Below, piece by piece: positions 47,185-56,158 of a stretch of DNA of 64,000 nucleotides. This DNA is from an uncultured Acidobacteriota bacterium (GTDB lineage: Bacteria; Acidobacteriota; Thermoanaerobaculia; Multivoradales; UBA5704). A model generated the notes under the pieces. It ran no database searches, was not told where the DNA came from, and saw only the letters and a program-made list of their open reading frames with translations. The number at the start of each line of letters is the position of its first letter. The first letter of the stretch is position 1. Position numbers and translations under genes: made by a program. The stretch is from NCBI GenBank assembly GCA_963700145.1, contig OY969474.1, forward strand, positions 608,001-672,000, written 5' to 3'.

Positions 47185-47236
47185 TCCTCTCTGCTCCGCG
47201 CCATCTCGCAGCGGGGCTGCCAGGCCATAGGGAGGT
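47185..47236 (+). ncRNA. Probable S6:S18 autoregulatory leader
   Basis: TCCTCTCT-GCTCCGC...GCGGGGC-..CCA..CCA-TA-GGGAGG: a stem plus CCR motif, and an anti-SD pairing with the rpsF SD. Confidence 0.5.
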
Positions 47237-47249
47237 GCCTAGGAATCCC

Positions 47250-47666
47250 ATGCGTACCTATGAGTTGGTGTTCGTTGTCGATCCCCGTGTCACCGACGAG
47301 GAAGTCGTCGAGCTGACCGGGGAGTACAAGCAGATGCTCACTGGCGGGGGTCTCACCATCAACCGCGAGGAGAGCTGGGGCCGGCGCAAGCTGGCTTACC
47401 CGATCTCGAAGCTCACCGAAGGCAAGTACGTCGTCCTCTACCTCTCCAGCGAGAACGGGACACGGACCCTCGCCGACGTCGAGCACCGCATGAACCAGAA
47501 CGACAAGGTGCTGCGTTACCTCTCGGTGCGCACCGACCAGGACCTCAAGCGCGCGGGCAAGCCGCTGATCCCCGAGCCGACGGCCGAGACCAGCGCGCCT
47601 CCCACTGCCGAGGCCGTCGTCGCACCCGCCGCCCCCGAGGGCGGCCGGCCCGGAAGGGAGGAGTAA
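47250..47666 (+). CDS. rpsF: 30S ribosomal protein bS6
   Basis: MRTYELVFVVDP, WGRRKLAYPI, VLRYL. Confidence 0.96.
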   Translation: MRTYELVFVVDPRVTDEEVVELTGEYKQMLTGGGLTINREESWGRRKLAYPISKLTEGKYVVLYLSSENGTRTLADVEHRMNQNDKVLRYLSVRTDQDLKRAGKPLIPEPTAETSAPPTAEAVVAPAAPEGGRPGREE

Positions 47667-47669
47667 GCC

Positions 47670-47966
47670 ATGCCACCACGCACAGGCGGCCGCGGACCAG
47701 GCGGCAGGGGAGCGGGCAAGGCGGGCGCCAAGGGCGCCAAGGGGAAGAAGGTCTTCTACCGCCGCCGCAAGGTCTGTAAGTTCTGCGCCGACAAGATCGA
47801 CTACGTCGATTACAAGGACGTCAAGCTCCTGGCGGGGTTCATCCCCGAGCGCTCGAAGATCCTGCCGCGGCGGATCTCCGGTACCTGCGCCCGCCACCAG
47901 CGGCTGCTGCAGCAGGGCATCAAGCGGGCGCGCCACCTGGCGCTGATCCCCTTCGCGACGGACTAG
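47670..47966 (+). CDS. rpsR: 30S ribosomal protein bS18 (Zn-binding C+ type)
   Basis: RRKVCKFC, DYKDV, KILPRRISGTCARHQR. Confidence 0.97.
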   Translation: MPPRTGGRGPGGRGAGKAGAKGAKGKKVFYRRRKVCKFCADKIDYVDYKDVKLLAGFIPERSKILPRRISGTCARHQRLLQQGIKRARHLALIPFATD

Positions 47967-47974
47967 GAGGGGAC

Positions 47975-48421
47975 ATGCGAGTCATCCTGATGAGCGACCA
48001 GCGCCACCTCGGCCGCCGCGGCCAGGTGGTCGAGGTCAAGCCCGGCTACGCGCGCAACTACCTGATCCCGCAGGGGCTGGCGCTGGAGGCGACGACCGCC
48101 AACAGCGCCTACTTCGAGCAGCAGAAGCACAAGATCGACGCCCGCCACCAGCGCGAGAAGGACGCCGCCGCAGAGGTGGCGACGCGGCTGGCCGGTTTGC
48201 GCCTCACCATCCCCAAGCGGGTGGGCGAGACCGACACCCTCTACGGCTCGGTGACCGCCGGCGAAGTGGCCGACCTGATCGCCAAGGAGGGGATCGAGGT
48301 GGACCGCCGGCGCATCGACCTCGAAGGCGGCATCAAGACCCTCGGCGACCACCCGGTGCGCGTCGAGCTCCACCACGACGTCGTCGCCGAGGTCACCGTC
48401 ACCGTCGTGCGGGCGGAGTGA
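47975..48421 (+). CDS. rplI: 50S ribosomal protein bL9
   Basis: LGRRGQVVEVKPGYARNYLIPQG, LYGSVT. Confidence 0.97.
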   Translation: MRVILMSDQRHLGRRGQVVEVKPGYARNYLIPQGLALEATTANSAYFEQQKHKIDARHQREKDAAAEVATRLAGLRLTIPKRVGETDTLYGSVTAGEVADLIAKEGIEVDRRRIDLEGGIKTLGDHPVRVELHHDVVAEVTVTVVRAE

Positions 48422-49581
48422 GCGACGACCGGCCGCCCTCACTAGACGACTTCCTCACCGAGCCGACCCGCGACATCGACTCCTGGCGGTGGCTGTGGCG
48501 GGGGGACCGCGAGTTCCCCATCCGCAGCCACCGCGGTCTCCTCGGCCGCTTCCTGGTCGGCTGGAAGCGGCTCTTCCGCCCGCTGGTCAAGGTGCCCCAG
48601 AACGATCTCTGGGAGCGGCAGCGGGTCTTCAACCTCATCCTGCTCGACCATCTCGAGCGCGCCAAGGCCGTCGAGACCTGGCACGGCGCCCGGCTCCTGC
48701 CGCTCGAAGGCACGCTCGCCGAAGGCCTCACCGAGATCATGCGGCACAACGACGCGCTCTTCGCGCGCGTCGACCAGAAGCTCGACGGCTACCGCCGCGA
48801 GGCGCGCGACCTGCTGGGCAGCCTCGGCGCGGCGTTGGCCGCGCTGGAAGGCGGCGCGGCGCCGCCGCAAGAGACTCTCTCTCGCGCCCGCGAGGAGCAC
48901 GCCTACTTCGAGCTCGAGCGGCGCTACCGCGGCACCGAGGAGGAGATCGGCGAGCGGATCGCCCGCTACTTGCCGTACCTGGAAGGCAAGGACCCGGTGC
49001 TCGATCTGGGTTGCGGCCGCGGCGAGGCGCTGGCCCTGCTGCGCGACCGCGGCGTGGCGGCGCGCGGGGTGGACGCAAGCGAGCGCATGGTGGCCCTCTG
49101 CCGCGAGCGCGGGCTCGACGCCGCGGCCGGCGACCTTTTCGCGCACCTCGCGGCGGTGGAGGAGGGGAGCCTCGGCGCGGTCGTCTCCTTCCACGTCGTC
49201 GAGCACCTGCCGCCCGAGGCGCTCGACCGCCTCGTCCGCCTCGCCTGGCGGGCGCTCCGCCCCGGCGGGGTGCTGATCCTCGAGACCCCGAACCCGCTCT
49301 CCCTCGTCGTCGCCGCCCGCAACTTCTGGCTCGACCCGACGCACGTCCGCCCGGTCCACCCCGAGGCGCTGCAGCTCCTCCTCCAGCAAGCCGGCTTCGC
49401 CGCCGTCGAGCACCTGGAGCTCCGCCCCTTCGCCGACGCCGACCGCCTCCCCGAGATCGACCTCGCGACCCTCCCCCCCGAGCAGCACGAGCTCGCCGAC
49501 CGCGTCAACCGCCTCCGCGACCGCCTCGACGAGCTGCTCTTCGGGAGCCAGGACTACGCGGTAATCGGCACGAAGGGCTAG
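48418..49581 (+). CDS. Coiled-coil + class I methyltransferase of the glycan-associated type
   Basis: YFELERRYRG, VLDLGCGRGE, FHVVEHL, ETPNP, FWLDPTH, QDYAVIG; GTG overlaps the rplI stop. Confidence 0.85.
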   Translation: MSDDRPPSLDDFLTEPTRDIDSWRWLWRGDREFPIRSHRGLLGRFLVGWKRLFRPLVKVPQNDLWERQRVFNLILLDHLERAKAVETWHGARLLPLEGTLAEGLTEIMRHNDALFARVDQKLDGYRREARDLLGSLGAALAALEGGAAPPQETLSRAREEHAYFELERRYRGTEEEIGERIARYLPYLEGKDPVLDLGCGRGEALALLRDRGVAARGVDASERMVALCRERGLDAAAGDLFAHLAAVEEGSLGAVVSFHVVEHLPPEALDRLVRLAWRALRPGGVLILETPNPLSLVVAARNFWLDPTHVRPVHPEALQLLLQQAGFAAVEHLELRPFADADRLPEIDLATLPPEQHELADRVNRLRDRLDELLFGSQDYAVIGTKG

Positions 49582-49587
49582 CGCCGA

Positions 49588-52158
49588 CTAGTTAGAAGCG
49601 GGCGGCGGCGGCTCGGCCGCCGGCGCCGGCTGGTCCGCGGGCGGCTCCTCGCCGCCGACCGGGGGCACCGCTTCGCCCTCCTCGACCGCCCCCGCCTCCG
49701 GTGCCGCGCCTTCGGTGGTGCCCGGTGGGGCCGCGCCCTCCGGGCCCTCCGGTGCGGGGCGCATCTCCTCCCCCTCCTTCGGGATGTAGAACGACTTCTG
49801 CTGATACCAGGGGAGGTTCAAGATCGAGTTCCACTCCGGGCCGTGCTGGCCGGAGGGCTCGGTGCCGGCGACGAAGGCTTCCCTCTGCCTGCGTTGGCTG
49901 CCGGCGCCGGGCAGGAGGCCGGTGTAGTACTCGACGTCGCGGGTGGTGACGCCGCCGGGAACGGAGAACTCCTCGCCCTTCGTCAGCCACCCCGTCCCGA
50001 GCCCGTCCTCGACGATGCCGCGCCACATCGGCAGCGCCGCCACCGTCCCGCTCATGCCGCCGCCGAGCGACTTCTTCACGTCATAGCCGACCCAGGTGAG
50101 GATCGTGTAGCGCGGCGTGAAGCCGACGAACCAGGCGTCGGAGAAGTCGTCGGTTGTGCCGGTCTTGCCGGCGATGTCGATCGGCAGGTCCTTGACCGGC
50201 GTCGCGGTGCCCTGGTCGACGACCCCTTCCATCATGTGGGTGAGGACGTAGGCCACCGCCGGGTCGGTCGCCGTGCGGGTGTTGGGGACGTGCTGCTCGA
50301 GGACCTGCCCCTCGGGGCTGGCGATGCGCTGAATCAGATAGGGCTCGATCCAGGTCCCCTGGTTGGCGATCGCGGCGTAGGCGGCGGCGAAGCTCAAGGG
50401 CGTCAGGTCGGCGGTGCCGAGGGCGAGGCTGGGGTAGGGAGGCAACGTCTGGTCGACGCCGCAGCGGCGGGCGAAGTCGATGACCCGGCGCACCCCGACG
50501 AGGTCGAGGAGCTTGACCGACGAGACGTTGAGCGACAGCTCCAGCGCCCGCCGCAGGGTGACGATGCCGTAGTACTTCCGGTAGTAGTTCTGCGGCCGGT
50601 AGGAAAGCCGCCCGTCGGCGCCGATGAAGACGGTGGGGGCGTCGAGGATCGTGTCGGACGGCGTCCAGCCGTTCTCCAGCGCGGCGCCGTAGACGAAGAC
50701 CTTGAAGGCCGACCCCGTCTGGCGCTTCGCCTGGGAGACGCGGTTGAACTTGTTGCGCTCGAAGTCCCAGCCGCCGACCATGCCGCGGACGGCGCCGCTG
50801 GCGTGCTCGATGACCACCGCCGCCGCCTCCATCCGCGGCTCCTGCTCGAGATAGAGGCGCGGCTCGGCGCCTTCCTTCGGCTTCCCCTTCTCCTTCGGCA
50901 CGTCGAGCCGGAACCAGGCCACGTCGCCCGGGTCGAGCAGCGAGTCCGGCCGGGTGCGGCCGGTCCAGCGGAAGCCGGCCGGCTCGAGGGTGTAGGTCCC
51001 CTTGTCGATCCGCACCGTCGCGGTCTTCGCCCCGGACTCCAGCACGATCCCCTGGTGCCAGCGGCCGACGGCCGGCTCGGCGCCGCTCCAGGAGGGGAGC
51101 GTCTGCTGCGCCGGGTCGCCCTCCAGCTCGGCGATCGGGCCGCGCCAGCCGCGGCGGTGGTCGAGCCGCGCCAGCCCTTCGCGCACCGCCTTCTCGGCCG
51201 AGCGCTGGATCGCCGGGTCGAGCGTCGTCTGCACCTGGAGGCCGTCCTCGTAGAGCGCATCGGCGCCGTAGGTGGCCTCCAGGTGCTTGCGCACGTCTTC
51301 GGCGAAGTACGGCGCGAAGGCCTGCTGCGGCTGCTGGCGCGAGACGAGGAGCGGCCGCGCCGCGGCGCGGTCGTAGGCGGGGCGGTCGATCATCCCCTCC
51401 TCGAGCATCCGCCGCAGCACGCGCTGGCGCTGGCTCAACACCACCTCCGGCCGGCGGTACGGGCTGTAGCGGCTGGGCGCCGGCAGGATGCCGACCAGCG
51501 TCGCCGCCTCGGCCAGCGTCAGCTTCGCCGCGGGCTTGCCGAAGTAGTAGCGCGAGGCGGCCTCGACGCCGTAGTTGCCGTGGCCGAAGTTCATCAGGTT
51601 CAAGTACATCGTCAGGATCTGCTGCTTGCTGAAGGTTTTCTCCAGCTCGACGGCCAGGAAGGCCTCCTCGATCTTCCGCCGCCAGACCTGCTCGCGCGAC
51701 AGGAAGAGGCTGCGCGCGAGCTGCATGGTGATCGTCGAGGCCCCCTCGACGACCTCGCCGGCGCGCAGGTCGGCCAAGGCGGCACGGCCGATGCCGAAGG
51801 CGTCGACGCCGCCGTGGCGGAAGAAGTTGCTGTCCTCCGAGGCCAGCACCGCGTTCTCGAGCACCTTGGGGATCTGCCCCTCCTCCAGCATCACCCGCCG
51901 CTCGCGCGCGAAGGTGGTGAAGACCTTCCCGTTGCGGTCGAGGAGCTGGGTGACGAGGCCGGGCGTGAAGTCGACGACCGAGTCGACGCGCGGCACGTGG
52001 ATCGCCGCGGCGAAGATGACGCCGCTGGCGGCGCCGAGGAGGAGCGCGCCGAGGAGCGGCCAAGCCCAGCGCAGGGCGCGGCCCGGCGGCAGCGTACGGC
52101 GGCGGCGCGGCGGGGCGGGGGGCGGACCGTGGGTGCGGCGCGGCGGGTCGTAGTCCAC
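49588..52158 (-). CDS. Class A penicillin-binding protein (PBP1A family)
   Basis: EDSNFFRHGG, GASTITMQL, RKIEE (GT51); SAFK, SLN, KTGT (transpeptidase). TATAAT lies 6 nt before GTG 52158. Confidence 0.93.
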   Translation of the reverse strand: MDYDPPRRTHGPPPAPPRRRRTLPPGRALRWAWPLLGALLLGAASGVIFAAAIHVPRVDSVVDFTPGLVTQLLDRNGKVFTTFARERRVMLEEGQIPKVLENAVLASEDSNFFRHGGVDAFGIGRAALADLRAGEVVEGASTITMQLARSLFLSREQVWRRKIEEAFLAVELEKTFSKQQILTMYLNLMNFGHGNYGVEAASRYYFGKPAAKLTLAEAATLVGILPAPSRYSPYRRPEVVLSQRQRVLRRMLEEGMIDRPAYDRAAARPLLVSRQQPQQAFAPYFAEDVRKHLEATYGADALYEDGLQVQTTLDPAIQRSAEKAVREGLARLDHRRGWRGPIAELEGDPAQQTLPSWSGAEPAVGRWHQGIVLESGAKTATVRIDKGTYTLEPAGFRWTGRTRPDSLLDPGDVAWFRLDVPKEKGKPKEGAEPRLYLEQEPRMEAAAVVIEHASGAVRGMVGGWDFERNKFNRVSQAKRQTGSAFKVFVYGAALENGWTPSDTILDAPTVFIGADGRLSYRPQNYYRKYYGIVTLRRALELSLNVSSVKLLDLVGVRRVIDFARRCGVDQTLPPYPSLALGTADLTPLSFAAAYAAIANQGTWIEPYLIQRIASPEGQVLEQHVPNTRTATDPAVAYVLTHMMEGVVDQGTATPVKDLPIDIAGKTGTTDDFSDAWFVGFTPRYTILTWVGYDVKKSLGGGMSGTVAALPMWRGIVEDGLGTGWLTKGEEFSVPGGVTTRDVEYYTGLLPGAGSQRRQREAFVAGTEPSGQHGPEWNSILNLPWYQQKSFYIPKEGEEMRPAPEGPEGAAPPGTTEGAAPEAGAVEEGEAVPPVGGEEPPADQPAPAAEPPPPASN

Positions 52159-52195
52159 GCGTGGATTATAGGGAGTCGTGGTACAAAGAGCGGCG

Positions 52196-52660
52196 ATGAG
52201 CGAGCCGGACGGCCCCGCCCCCGACGACGCCTCGCAGCTCCCGCCCGCACCCTTCGAGCCCGGCGCGCCGCGCAACCCGGTGGGCTCGGGCTGCGCCAAG
52301 GTGGCGCTCGTCGGCTGCCTGGGGCTCCTGATCGTCCTCGGGATCGGCCTCATCGTCATGGTCACCCAGGGGCCGAAGCTCTTCGGCTGGCTCCTGGGGT
52401 ACACCGAGACGCAGATCGAGGCGCGCTACGCCCCCGACGTCACCGACGCCGACCGCGCCCGTCTGCGCGCCGCCTTCACCGCCGCGAGCGAGGCGGTGGA
52501 GGAGGGGCGCATGGACCCGGTGGCGATGCAGACCCTGCAGCGCCGGCTGATGGACACGGTCGGGAGCCAGGGGCCGATCTCGCGCGAGCAGGCGCTCGCC
52601 CTGGCGGAGGCGCTGGAAGCCGTGGGCGCCAGCAAACCGCCGGCGGGGCCGCCCGGATGA
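52196..52660 (+). CDS. Single-TM hypothetical protein
   Basis: GCAKVALVGCLG TM segment, helical C-domain; coupled to the USP gene. Confidence 0.65.
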   Translation: MSEPDGPAPDDASQLPPAPFEPGAPRNPVGSGCAKVALVGCLGLLIVLGIGLIVMVTQGPKLFGWLLGYTETQIEARYAPDVTDADRARLRAAFTAASEAVEEGRMDPVAMQTLQRRLMDTVGSQGPISREQALALAEALEAVGASKPPAGPPG

Positions 52661-53586
52661 GCGCCGAGACCACGCTCAAGCGCCTCGTCGTCGGCAGCTC
52701 GCTGGAGGAGGGGAGCGACGAGGTCGTCCGCACCGCCCTCGCCCTGGCCCGTGCCGCTGGCGCCGAGGCGGACCTGGTCCACGCCCTGGAGCCGCTGCCG
52801 CACTTCTACGGCGAGGAGCCGGTCGACCCCGCCGACCTGCGCGAGGGGGCGCTGGCGCGCCACCGCGAGGCCCTCGGCCGCCAGGCCGAAGAGGACGGCG
52901 CGGCTGCGGTCCGGGTGCGCTGCGAGGTGCTGGAGGGACCGCCGGCGCGGATGCTCGTCCAGGCGGCGCGCGACGGCGACGCCGACCTGATCGTGGTCGG
53001 CGCCAAGGTCCCCGGCAAGGCTTTCCGCGAGCGCCTCGGCTCGACCGCCGACCGGGTGGTGCGCACCGCCCCTTGCCCGGTCCTGGTCGTGCGCCCCGCC
53101 CTGCGCGTGCCGCCGGCAAAGGTCGTGGCGGCGGTCGACCTCTCGCCGCTCTCGACCGAAGCCTTCCGCCGCGGCCTGGCGCTGCTGGCGCAGGTCGCCG
53201 GCGACGCGCCGGTGCGGGTGGACGTCCTCCACGTCCACACGTTCATGAAGTTCGTGGCCGAGCGCCAGGCGGACCCCAAGCTCACCGAGGAGGAGGCCGA
53301 GCGGCGCTCGGCGGCGGAGCTCGGGGCGTTCGTCGAGCGCGAGCAGGCGCAGACGCCGCTCAAGCTGCGCGCCGTCTCCCGCTCCGGCGACCCGCGCATC
53401 GAGATCCTGCGCGCCCTCGGCCGCGGCGTGGACCTCGCCGTCCTCGGCACCCACGGCCGCAGCGGCTTCGACCGCTTCCTGGTCGGCAGCGTCGCCGCCA
53501 CCGTCGTCCGCCAGGCGCGCTGCAGCGTCCTCGTCGTCCCCCCGGCCGCGGCGCGGCAGGTGGTCCGGCACCACGACGCCGGCTAG
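52657..53586 (+). CDS. Universal stress protein (tandem UspA domains)
   Basis: ADLIVVG...LGSTADRVVRTAPCPVLVV; GTHGRSG..GSVA...CSVLVV. Confidence 0.92.
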   Translation: MSAETTLKRLVVGSSLEEGSDEVVRTALALARAAGAEADLVHALEPLPHFYGEEPVDPADLREGALARHREALGRQAEEDGAAAVRVRCEVLEGPPARMLVQAARDGDADLIVVGAKVPGKAFRERLGSTADRVVRTAPCPVLVVRPALRVPPAKVVAAVDLSPLSTEAFRRGLALLAQVAGDAPVRVDVLHVHTFMKFVAERQADPKLTEEEAERRSAAELGAFVEREQAQTPLKLRAVSRSGDPRIEILRALGRGVDLAVLGTHGRSGFDRFLVGSVAATVVRQARCSVLVVPPAAARQVVRHHDAG

Positions 53587-54308
53587 CAGTCGAAGGCGCT
53601 GGTGTCGGCGAAGAGCTCCGGCACCACGTGGAGCGGCTTCGAGTAGGTCTTCACCGCCCCGGTGCGGACGTCGCGCACGGTGATCTCGTAGCGCACCGTC
53701 GAGGCCGGGGAGAGGAAGACCCAGTAGTGGCCGTTCACGGCGCAGGCGTCGAGGACCTTGACCAGCATCTCGGGGTTGTCCTGCCCGAAGAACCAGAAGG
53801 TCCCCCAGTCGCCCAGCCCGTCGAAGTCGTCCGGCATCGTGTGCGCGACGCCGTCGTTGCCGTCGAAGTCGGTCCACTCGGCGGTTACCTCGAAGCGGCC
53901 GTCGCCGAGGCAGAGGGCGCTGATCGTGGCGTCGCAGGCCGGGGCCGGCTTGACTTCGATGAACTGATGATCGAGGAGCACGAACCCACCCCCAACCGGC
54001 TGGAGCACGAATATCTCGTAGACGCGGGCGGCCAGCGGTCCGACGGCGACGCTGGCGGTGTAGTCCGAGATGCCGATCGGGATGGTCTGATCGCAGCCGG
54101 GAGGGGTCGCCGCGAGGGTGATCCCGTTGAAGGAGATGTGCTCGACCTCGAGCGTCCCATCGTTCTCGCAGGCGCCCGCCATGATGCCGTGGAAGGTGAT
54201 CGTGAACGGCTGCCCGGCCACCGGCGGCGCCGGGGAGAAGGTGATTTCGGTCGCCGCCGCGGCCGTCGACGCCGCGAGCAGGAGGACAAGGGCGATCGGG
54301 GTCTTCAT
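53583..54308 (-). CDS. Secreted protein with Cys-flanked conserved C-terminal domain, paralog A
   Basis: Signal peptide; LCLGDGRFEV...FWFFGQDNPEMLVKVLDAC..NGHYWVF...DTSAFDC. Confidence 0.8.
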   Translation of the reverse strand: MKTPIALVLLLAASTAAAATEITFSPAPPVAGQPFTITFHGIMAGACENDGTLEVEHISFNGITLAATPPGCDQTIPIGISDYTASVAVGPLAARVYEIFVLQPVGGGFVLLDHQFIEVKPAPACDATISALCLGDGRFEVTAEWTDFDGNDGVAHTMPDDFDGLGDWGTFWFFGQDNPEMLVKVLDACAVNGHYWVFLSPASTVRYEITVRDVRTGAVKTYSKPLHVVPELFADTSAFDC

Positions 54309-54342
54309 AAATGCCACCCTAGCATTTCTTGGGGCGACCGCT

Positions 54343-55071
54343 TCAGGAGCAGTCGAAGGCGCTGGTGTCGGCGAAGAGCTCCGGCACCACGTGGAGCGGC
54401 TTCGAGTAGGTCTTCACCGCCCCGGTGCGGATGTCGCGCACGGTGATCTCGTAGCGCACCGTCGAGGCGGGGGAGAGGAAGACCCAGTAGTGGCCGTTCA
54501 CCGCGCAGCCGTCGAGGACCTTGACCAGCATCTCCGGGTTGTCCTGCCCGAAGAACCAGAGAGTCCCCCAGTCGCCCAGGCCGTCGAAGTCGTCGGGCAT
54601 GGTGTGCGCGACGCCGTCGTTGCTGTCGAAGTCGGTCCACTCGGCGGTCACCTCGAACCGGCCGTCGAGGCAGAGGGCGGTGTCGGTGGCGTCGCAGGCC
54701 GGGGACGGCTTGACCTCGAAGAGCTGGAAGTCGAGCAGCACGGACGTGCCTTCCGCGCGCACCTGCACGGCGTAGGTGCCGGCGGCGAGCGGCCCCACGT
54801 TGACGCTGGCGGTGTACTCCACCGGACCGATGGGGATGACGGGGCAGCCGGGATCGGTCACCACGAGGCTGATCGTGTCGAAGGCGATGCTCTGGACCGC
54901 CAGCGTGCCGACGTCCTCGCAGGCGATCGCGACGCCGTGGAAGGTGATGGTGAACGTCTGCCCGGCCACCGGCGGGGAAGGGGAGAAGGTGATTTCGGTC
55001 GCCGCGGCGCCCGTGGACACCGCGAGAAGGAGGGACACGAGGGTGAAGGAACGGACGATCGAAGTCTTCAT
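54343..55071 (-). CDS. Secreted protein with the same C-terminal domain, paralog B
   Basis: ATG at 55071 (MKTSIVRS); C-terminal ~100 aa nearly identical to paralog A. Confidence 0.8.
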   Translation of the reverse strand: MKTSIVRSFTLVSLLLAVSTGAAATEITFSPSPPVAGQTFTITFHGVAIACEDVGTLAVQSIAFDTISLVVTDPGCPVIPIGPVEYTASVNVGPLAAGTYAVQVRAEGTSVLLDFQLFEVKPSPACDATDTALCLDGRFEVTAEWTDFDSNDGVAHTMPDDFDGLGDWGTLWFFGQDNPEMLVKVLDGCAVNGHYWVFLSPASTVRYEITVRDIRTGAVKTYSKPLHVVPELFADTSAFDCS

Positions 55072-55101
55072 ATATGCCACGATAGCATTTCCGGGAGCCG
55101 C

Positions 55102-55550
55102 CGGCCAAGCTCCGCGCCACGCGGGTAAGCCTCCCATCGCTCTGGAAAGCCTCCCCGACGGCGAGGGGCAGCTCCCGGGCGCTGCGGAAAGCCTCCCACA
55201 GAGCCGGGGCGAGCTCTCGGTCGCTCCGGGAAGCCTCCCGGATGGCCGGGTCGAGCTCCCTGCCGCTCCGGGAGTCCGCACTCAGACGCCGGGCGAAGGT
55301 CCACGCGCCTCGTCCGGGCTCCCGAGCGTTCGGTCCAAGCACCCCGGGCCCGCGGGCGAGCTCCCAACCGCCTCGAACACCCGCACTCGCGCCTCGTCCA
55401 AGCGCACCCGGTCACGGGGAAGACTCCCCGCGCGACGGGGAACGTTCCCCGCGTCGTGGGACACACTCCCCCGGCGATGGGGAGCACTCCCCGTGCGGCG
55501 GGAAACGCTCCCCGAGCCGCGGGGAGCATTCCTCAGGTCGTGGGATGCAT
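55102..55550. repeat. 21-bp-period degenerate array, left part (~21 units; the last ones are GGGGA-N4-TCCCC palindromes)
   Basis: GG..(A/G)CTCCC cores recur every 21 nt from 55123 to 55417 and onward without indels. Confidence 0.8.
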
Positions 55551-55624
55551 CCCTCTCTGCCAACATCCGGTGAGACAGGAGAGCGTGCTCGAAATAGGGT
55601 AGAGGGCGGAGAGAGGCGAAGGCG

Positions 55625-56158
55625 ATGAAGCGAGGGTTGGAGAGGCAGGATGGATGGGGGGTCCAGGGGACGGAGGCAGGGGTCGGCGGGGAGGGTGGGG
55701 AGGCCGGGGGCGGGGGAGGAGCGGCCTCCCCACCCTCCCCGCCGACGCGGATCCGTTCTGGGCCCGGGAGTCCGCTTCCAGATCCCGAGGTCGAGCCTAA
55801 GGCCCAGCGGCGCCAGTTTTCGGCCGCCTACAAGCTACGCATCCTCGAGCAGGCCGACCGTTGCCAGGGTCGCGGCGAGATCGGCGCTTTGCTGCGGCGC
55901 GAAGGACTGTACGCCTCCCACCTCGGCCGGTGGCGCGCCCTGCACCGGCAGGGTGGCGCCGTAGCCCTCGGCCGTCCGCGCGGGCGCAAGCCCGACCCCG
56001 ACACGGTCTTGCGCGAGCAGCTGCGCCGGCTCGAGCGCGACAATCGGCGCCTGCAGCGCGCGCTCCAGCAGGCCGAGACCATCCTCGAGGTGCAAAAAAA
56101 ACTCTCGGAGGTGCTGGGCATCCGCCTGACCGCACCCGAGGAGGAGACGAGCGCGTGA
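55625..56158 (+). CDS. IS3-family transposase OrfA (HTH)
   Basis: RRQFSAAYKLRIL, ALLRREGLYASHL..WR, coiled coil, QKK slippery A8 at 56094-56101. Confidence 0.88.
   Translation: MKRGLERQDGWGVQGTEAGVGGEGGEAGGGGGAASPPSPPTRIRSGPGSPLPDPEVEPKAQRRQFSAAYKLRILEQADRCQGRGEIGALLRREGLYASHLGRWRALHRQGGAVALGRPRGRKPDPDTVLREQLRRLERDNRRLQRALQQAETILEVQKKLSEVLGIRLTAPEEETSA

Noticed and set aside
47666-47670. Absence of ssb/priB between rpsF and rpsR
   Set aside because: rpsF-rpsR-rplI without ssb is a common arrangement.
53583-55071. Diversity-generating retroelement TR/VR pair
   Set aside because: No reverse transcriptase; both copies are intact genes; differences are not adenine-specific.
54776-55573. Heptad-repeat protein encoded by the array
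   Set aside because: The frame is open, but its start lies antisense inside a real gene and no RBS/start precedes the repeats. Open frames are expected in GC-rich palindromic repeats.
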